DNA of 42,355 nt from NCBI RefSeq assembly GCF_004010195.1, contig NC_057719.1, forward strand, positions 36,157,842-36,200,196, given 5' to 3'. The translations under genes were made by a program, and so were the position numbers. Of this stretch, positions 35,828 through 42,355 are shown piece by piece (within the stretch, counting starts at the first letter, position 1; every line of letters begins with the position of its first letter). The notes beneath the pieces were generated by a model that was given only the letters and a program-made list of their open reading frames with translations, had not been told where the DNA came from and searched no databases. Source of the DNA: Chiloscyllium plagiosum. Its lineage: Eukaryota.

Positions 35828-37514
35828 TGTTCGGCCTACCATTCCAGGGATCATCAGTGTGAATCTCCGTTGGACATGCTGTAGTGCCAGTATGTCCTTC
35901 CTGAGGTGTGGGGCCCAAAATTGGACACAGTATTCTAAATGGGGCCTAACTAGAGCTTTATAACATCTCAGAAGCACATTGTTGATTTTATATTCCAACC
36001 TTCTTGCGATAAATCCCAACATTATATTCACTTTCTTAATCACGGACTCAACCTGCAAGTTAACCTTCAGACAATCCTGGACTAGCACTCCCAGATCCCT
36101 TTGTATTTTGGTTTTAGGAACTTTCTCACAGTTTAGAAAATAGTCCATGCCTGTTTTCTTTTTTCCAAAATGCAAGGCCTTGCATTTGCTCATGTTGAAT
36201 TTCATAAGCCATTTTCTGGACAACTGTCCTAAACTGTCTAAATCTTTCTGCAGCCTCCCCAGAGTAGTACCCGCCTGTCCACCTAACTTCGTATCATCGG
36301 CGAACTTCGCCAGAATGCCCCCAGTCCCTTTATCCAGATCATTAATATATAAAGCGAACAGCTGCGGCCCCAACACCGAACCCTGCAGGACCCCACCTGT
36401 CATCAGCTGCCATTCCAAAAAAAGAACCTTTTATCCCATCTCTCTACCTTCTGTCAGACAGCGAATCCTCCATCCGTGCCGGTAGCTCACCTCGAACACC
36501 ATGGGCCCTCACCTTACTCAGCAGCCTCCCATGAGGCACCTTATCACAGGCCTTTTGGAAGTCTAGATAGAGAACATGCACTGGGTTTTCCTGGTCTAAC
36601 CTATTTGTTACCTCTTCAAAGAATTCTACAGTTTTGTCAGGCACGACCTCTCCTTACTAAATCCATGCTGATCTGTTCTAATCTAACCCTGCATTTCCAA
36701 GAATTTGGAAATCTCATCCTTAACAACAGATTCTAGAATTTTACCGACAACCGAGGTTAGGCTAATGGGCCTATAATTTTCCATTTTTTGTCTTGATCCT
36801 TTCTTGAACAAGGGGGTTACAACAGTGACTTTCCAATCATCTGGGTCTTTCCCTGACTCTAGTGACTTTTAAAAGACCACAACCAACAACTTCGCTATTT
36901 CCTCAGCCATCTCCCTCAGAACTCTAGGATGTAGCCCATTGGGGCCAGGAGATTTATCCATTTTTAGACTTTTTAGCTTTTCGAGCACTTTCTCTTTTGT
37001 GATAGCTACCATACTCAACTCTGCCCCCTGACTCTTCTTAATTGTTGGGATATTACTCATGTTTACCACCATGAAGACTGACACAAAGTACTTATTAGGT
37101 TCTTCAGCTATTTCCTTATCTCCCATCACTGGTCTTCCAGCATCAATTTGGAGCGGCCCAATGTCTACCCTTGCCTCTCGTTTGTTTCTTATATATTGAA
37201 AAAAACTTTTACTATCATTTTTAACATTACTGGCTCGCCTACCTTCATATTTTATCCTCTCCTTCCTTGTTTCACTCTTTATTATCCTCTGTTTGTTTTT
37301 GTAGCCTTCCTAATCTTCTGATTTCCCAGTGCTCTTGGCCACTTTATAGGTTATTTCTTTCTCTTTGGTACATTTCCTGACTTGCTTTGTCAGCCATGGC
37401 TGTCTAACTCCCCCATCCCACCCGGATAATCTTTCTTTTCTTTGGGATGAACCTCTGTACTGTGTCCTCAATTACACCCAGAAACTCCTGCCGTTGTTAC
37501 TCTACTGTCTTCCC

Positions 37515-37820
37515 CAGTCCAGAACTAGAGGGCATAGGTTTAGGGTGAGAGGGGAAAGATATAAAAGAGACCTATGGGGCAACTTTTTCATGCAGAAGGT
37601 GGTGCGTGTATGGAATGAGCTGCCAGAGGAAGTGGTGGAGGCTGGTACAATGGCAACATTTCAGAGGCATTTGGATGGGTATATGAATAGGAAGGGTTTG
37701 GAGGGATATGGGCCAGGTGCTGGCAGGTGGGACTAGATTGGGTTGGGATATCTTGGTCTGCATGGACGGGTTGGACTGAAGGGTCTGTTTCCATGCTCTA
37801 CATCTCTATGACTCTATGAC
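37515..37820 (+). mobile_element. CR1 3' end nested antisense in the long CR1
   Basis: SRTRGHRFRVRGERYKRDL..WNELPEEVV; ends CTCTATGACTCTATGAC. Confidence 0.92.
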
Positions 37821-38468
37821 TAGGCTCTGCTTCCAGTCGATTTTCCAGTCATGCCCCTGTAATTACCTTTATTTAACTGTAACACCATTACATCCGATTT
37901 TGCCTTCTCTCTTTCAAACTACACACTGAACTCTACCATGTTATGATTGCTTCCTCTTAAGTGTTCCCTTACTTTCAGATCTTTTATAAAATCTGGCTCA
38001 TTACATAACACTAAGTCCAGAATAGCCTGCTCCCTTGTGGGCTCCATCACAAGCTGTTCCAAAAAGCCATCCTATAAGCATTTCATGAACTCCCTTTCTT
38101 TGGATCCACCAGCAACATTATTTACCCAGTCCACCTGCATATTGAAGCCCCCATGATCACTGTGACCTTGCCTTTCTGACGTGCCCTATCTATTTCCTGG
38201 TACATCTTGCGCCCCTGGTCCTGACCACTGCTGGGAGGTTTGTACATAACTCCCATTATGGTTTTATTGCCTTTGTCATTCCTCAACTCCACCCACACAG
38301 ACTCCACATCATCTGACCCTATGTCATTCAGTGGCATACATTTATTTCATACTTAACTAACAAGGCAACCCTGCCCCCTCTGCCCACCTCCCTGTCTTTT
38401 CGATAAGTTGTAAATCTTTGGATATTTAACTACCAGTCCTGAACCCCCTGCATCCACATCTCTGTGAT

Positions 38469-38554
38469 AAAGGACATTTGCCCGAAATGTCAATTTTCCT
38501 GTTCCTCGGATGCTGCCTGGCTGGTTGTGCTTTTCCAGCACCACACTCTTGGCT
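38469..38554 (+). mobile_element. 86-bp PLE terminal-repeat insertion with 14-bp TSD inside CR1
   Basis: CACATCTCTGTGAT (38455-38468) / CACGTCTCTGTGAT (38555-38568); contains GCCC-GAAA-TGTC. Confidence 0.88.
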
Positions 38555-39477
38555 CACGTCTCTGTGATGGTAACCACATCGTAATCATTCATGATGGTTT
38601 GTGCTGTTAATCATCGACTTTGTTATGAGTACTATGAGCTAACTTTCTTATCATTATTAGAGATATTGGAAATCATAAGATGTTCTAAGTTATCCTTCCT
38701 TTTTGCTGCATTCCTAGTCTGCCTTGAGCTTAAGCCCACCTGCACACATGCTATTCTGCTGCTTATCTTTCCATTTAACTCCATACACCCTGTTGCTTTT
38801 GCTTTCCCTCCCCCCCCCCCCCACCGAATCAGAAGTATGAAGTCCTACTGACCACCCTATTTATCCTTTTCGCTAGAACACTGGTTCCAGATCAGTTCAG
38901 GTGGAGAACGTCCGTTTATGTGTCTGATTGTTACATACCTTTATTCTAGTGAATCTTTCTCAAGAGTTTTTAAAAGATATCTACCGCTTGACTGTTCTCT
39001 TGTACCACACGGACTTGTACCTGGCAATGTAAAATAGGCAAGTTAAACATTTAAAGCAAGAGTGCCATCTACAGATAGAAAGACAGTGTGTTTTTATTTC
39101 AAATTTTAAAAAATGAAGACATTTCAGATAGACAAATTTAATGTGTTTTAATTCTGTAATGGATATGGTCCATTTATATGTGTTTCTGGATCTGATTTAT
39201 GAAAACAGAGAATGAGTAAACTTTAATTGAAATCATAATGTTTCTGTCTGCATCATGAGTAGATTTATTTCTTTTTGTCCAGATTTATTTGAAGTTTCAA
39301 ATTCCATTGTTATGGTACTAGCATTAAAACAAAATAAAGCCGGAATAATTATGCCTCTATATTTTCCAGACTGGGTGCACCGGCACATAATTTAGCATTT
39401 GGGCTTCTGAGCCTGCCCACTCCAAACCTGTATCTATCTCTCTCTCTCCTTTTTAGTCTTTCTTTCTCCTTTTACTT

Positions 39478-40026
39478 TTGCAGTTGTATAAGACTCTGGT
39501 GCGGCCGCATCTGGAGTATTGTGTGCAGTTTTGGTCGCCATACTATAGGAAGGATGTGGAGGCACTGGAACGGGTGCAGAGGAGGTTTACCAGGATGTTG
39601 CCTGGTATGGTAGGAAGATCGTATGAGGAAAGGCTGAGGCACTTGGGGCTGTTTTCACTGGAGAAAACAAGGTTTAGGGGTGACTTGATAGAGGTGTACA
39701 AGATGATTAGGGGTTTAGATAGGGTTGACCATGAGAACCTTTTTCCACGTATGGAGTCAGCTATTACGAGGGGGCATAGCTTTAAATTAAGGGGTGGTAG
39801 GTATAGGACAGATGTTAGGGGTAGATTCTTTACTCAGCGAGTCGTGAGTTCATGGAATGCCCTGCCAGTAGCAGTGGTGGACTCTCCCTCTTTATGGGCA
39901 TTTAAGCGGGCATTGGATAGATATATGGAGGATAGTGGGCTAGTGTAGGTTAGGTGGGCTTGGATCGGCGCAACATCGAGGGCCAAAGGGCCTGTACTGC
40001 GCTGTATTTTTCCATGTTCTATGTTC
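39478..40026 (+). mobile_element. Young 5'-truncated CR1 LINE, open ORF2 C-terminus
   Basis: QLYKTLVRPHLEYCVQFWSPYYRKDVEALERVQRRFTRMLPG...WNALP uninterrupted to stop at 39948; ATGTTCTATGTTC tail. Confidence 0.95.
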
Positions 40027-40415
40027 ATTTTCTGATGTCATGGGGAAGCCAGAGCAGAGTGGGCTGGTTGTTGGCTGCAGAGTTGGCTGTGCCCAGAGTG
40101 AGGACTCTTGGTGGTTGCAGCTGGTCACTGTGGCAGAGGCACTGTCCAGAGCAGGGACTCTTGGCGGCAGTATGCCCAAAGCGCAGTATGCCCGAACCAG
40201 GGTTGTCGTTGTTATAGTCAGGACACCTTGTAGCAGCTTGAGGCCCAGGACACGTTGCAGCAGCATTGGAGCTGTGTTTGAAGACCCTTTCTACAGAAGA
40301 TGAACTCGATGTAATTTCTTTTTATTCTTTTTGTAACTCAAAATGGCACCAGATTTTGGGGACAAAACACTTTTCACTGCATCTTTTTAGACATATATGA
40401 CAATAAATAACTCAA
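40027..40415 (+). mobile_element. Probable SINE-like repeat with Rex1/RTE-like tail
   Basis: GC-rich internally repetitive body ending CTTTTCACTG...ATGACAATAAA; family recalled, not verified. Confidence 0.4.
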
Positions 40416-41094
40416 AAATGCAAATACAATTATATAGGGTATCCTTGAGAATTATATAAGTATTCTTATCTTTACCTAAGTTTTACTTAGTTAGCATCTT
40501 TCCTTGAGCAGTCTGTTCTTTTCATGATGAGCTTACATAGACGATACTTAGGCAGGCTATCGAATGATGTTCAGATTTTTTCGGAAGTCTATGTCATCAC
40601 TTGCAAGATCTAATCCATTCTTGCTTAGACTATACATGTGGTAAGATTTGGAAAACTCTCATGGCAGTATTGAGTTGAAAAGCAAAATGACTACTGGTGC
40701 TGTGAAAATTAAAGATCCATATAAGAAATTAACATGTTGAGCAAGTTTATAAAAGAAGTTTATGACATGATTACAGTATTTTGTTTTGCTCCTGAAAGAA
40801 TAGCTGGTTCGGTAACATTTATTTCAACTGAACATTCGAAAATAAACTTTCTGAAGAGTATTTACATCAGAGTAGTGCCAATTTGTGCATCAAATTCACA
40901 GGAACTCCTTGCTTGTTTAAAATGTTTTTCTCCCATTTCTTTCACTGGCAGCTCTTGAGGGCAGGACTTCTTCTCATTGTGGGCTGGGGTTCCACTCTGT
41001 TCCAATTAAATCTGTTCCCAGTATATTATCTGTGCCCAGCAGCCAAGTTTGGAGTTAGCAGGCTCAAGGTCAACTTTTCCATTGGGGCAGGGAA

Positions 41095-41265
41095 TACATG
41101 TGCTGATGAGGTGAATTGGCCATGTTAAATTGCCCATAGCGTTAGGTACATTAGTCAGGAGCAAATGTAGGGACTAGGTCTGGGTGGGTTGCTCTTCGGA
41201 GAGTCGGTGTGAACTTGTTGGGCCGAAGGGCCTGTTTCCATACTGTATGAAATCTAATCTAATCT
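41095..41265 (+). mobile_element. HE1-type SINE 3' half
   Basis: AGGTGAATTGGCCATGTTAAATTGCCCATAG...GGGCCGAAGGGCCTGTTTCC, (TCTAA)n tail. Confidence 0.88.
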
Positions 41266-41834
41266 CTGTAAAATTCAGCCCAACAGCTAGACTTTAACAA
41301 TATATAGCCAGAAGGCATACTGAATTTGACAGTTTAATCTATATTAATACTTGGGACACAGAGGTGGAGAGAAGTCTTGCTGAAAATCAGAGACGACAAA
41401 TAGTGTTAGAGATAGCTCCCGCTGTACCTTGGTGTAAAGATCAGGGCAGAAATACTTGGTTAAATAACATCCTGTTTTCAGATCCAACATGGTATCTTCA
41501 CAAGATGGCATTTCAACCAAATTAATGGAAATACTGGGAGCATATGTCAGTTGTATGAAGATAAGGAGATAATGGTGCCAGTCAAATTGTAACAGTATTT
41601 TCAACCCGCCTGCTAACATCCTGTCTTACTTTTGCATAATTGGACATGCATTCATCAACAGGAAGGACATAGCCTAATCAATATTGCTTAATAAGATTAA
41701 ATTTTATTGACTCTTGCTGATCTGGCAGAATTGTCCAAATCTGTGTTTGCTTCCTCTTCTGCTGGTGGCAATGGCTCACCAAGTTTACAAATCCATCTCT
41801 TGTGTTCCTCCTGTCACTAATTAACACATTATTC

Positions 41835-42355
41835 GCAGCAGAGAGTGGCGGGAGCTGGGCGGAAGTTCAGACGGAGCGCAAAGCCGGTCGGGAAGGTAAG
41901 TGATTACTATTAGAGTGGGTGTGTTCTAAACCCCAGGTCCTCCAAAGTAGGGTCTCCCTCCCTCCCTCCCTCCTCTAACCTTAATTAAGAGTCCACAGAC
42001 GTGCCACAAAAAGAGGGTCAAAGGAAGTTTAGATCGAAGAGTGAGGCTTCAGCTCAGAACTCTTTGACAAGGAGGTTGAGTGAAGTGATTACACCACAGT
42101 TGAAGAGGGTGAAGACATGACTGCCCAGCTGGTTCAGTGCGCTACGTGCTTGATGTGGAAGGTCAACGACTCTGGTGTGTCTGGCTCGTATATGTGTGGA
42201 AAATGTGTGCACATTCAGCAATTGACCGAGCATATTGCAGCGCTGACGAAAGAACTCGAAGACCTTAGGCTCATCCGAGAGAACGAGATCTTTCTGGACA
42301 AGACCTTCAGCGAGGTTATTACACCAATCATGCCAGAAGAGAGCAGAAGAGAGCA
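41835..42355 (+). mobile_element. 5' end of a CR1 LINE (5'UTR and ORF1 start), runs off the right edge
   Basis: CpG-containing leader followed by ORF1; 5' boundary approximate. Confidence 0.8.
42117..42355 (+). CDS. CR1 ORF1 N-terminus (zinc finger/leucine zipper), partial
   Basis: MTAQLVQCATCLMWKVNDSGVSGSYMCGKCVHIQQLTEHIAALTKELEDLRLIRENEIFLDKTFSEVITP: CxxC..CxxC plus heptad leucines; open to window end; absent from the ORF track. Confidence 0.85.
   Translation, partial: MTAQLVQCATCLMWKVNDSGVSGSYMCGKCVHIQQLTEHIAALTKELEDLRLIRENEIFLDKTFSEVITPIMPEESRRE

Larger units (their letters stand above)
35828..38912 (-). mobile_element. Long decayed CR1 LINE: ORF1 C-terminus, endonuclease and RT
   Basis: DVLHLN*SGTSVLAKRIN (ORF1 esterase-like end); VESVWVELRN..IMGVMYKPP (EN); KSPGPNGLHPRVLRE; LYLDFQKACDKVPH; QGSVLGP..KFADDTK..LVRPHLEYCVQFW. 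Confidence 0.95.

Noticed and set aside
35169..35918. Long ORFs spanning the second N run
   Set aside because: Gap artefacts

Overview
Repeat-rich, apparently intronic or intergenic vertebrate DNA, almost certainly from a shark. The organism is inferred from HE1-type SINEs and cartilaginous-fish-type CR1 and Penelope repeats. No host protein-coding exon could be supported; the ORFs I could assign are transposon fragments and the rest look like noise. Contents: many CR1 LINE fragments (one long copy with endonuclease and RT, a 5'UTR plus ORF1 start at the right edge, and antisense nested copies); HE1 and other SINEs; two Penelope-like (PLE) coding relics (RT, GIY-YIG); about a dozen PLE terminal-repeat derivatives, many with minimal hammerhead ribozyme motifs, several as palindromes with 12-15 bp target-site duplications; two decayed Harbinger-type Myb/SANT genes; a 294-bp near-perfect duplication; and two assembly gaps. 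The most unusual signal is a ~690-bp segment (19323-20011) with strongly one-directional T-to-C change (A-to-G on the minus strand). It looks like an ADAR-hyperedited RNA copied back into the genome, unless it is a sequencing artefact. All alignments were done by eye, and repeat boundaries are approximate.
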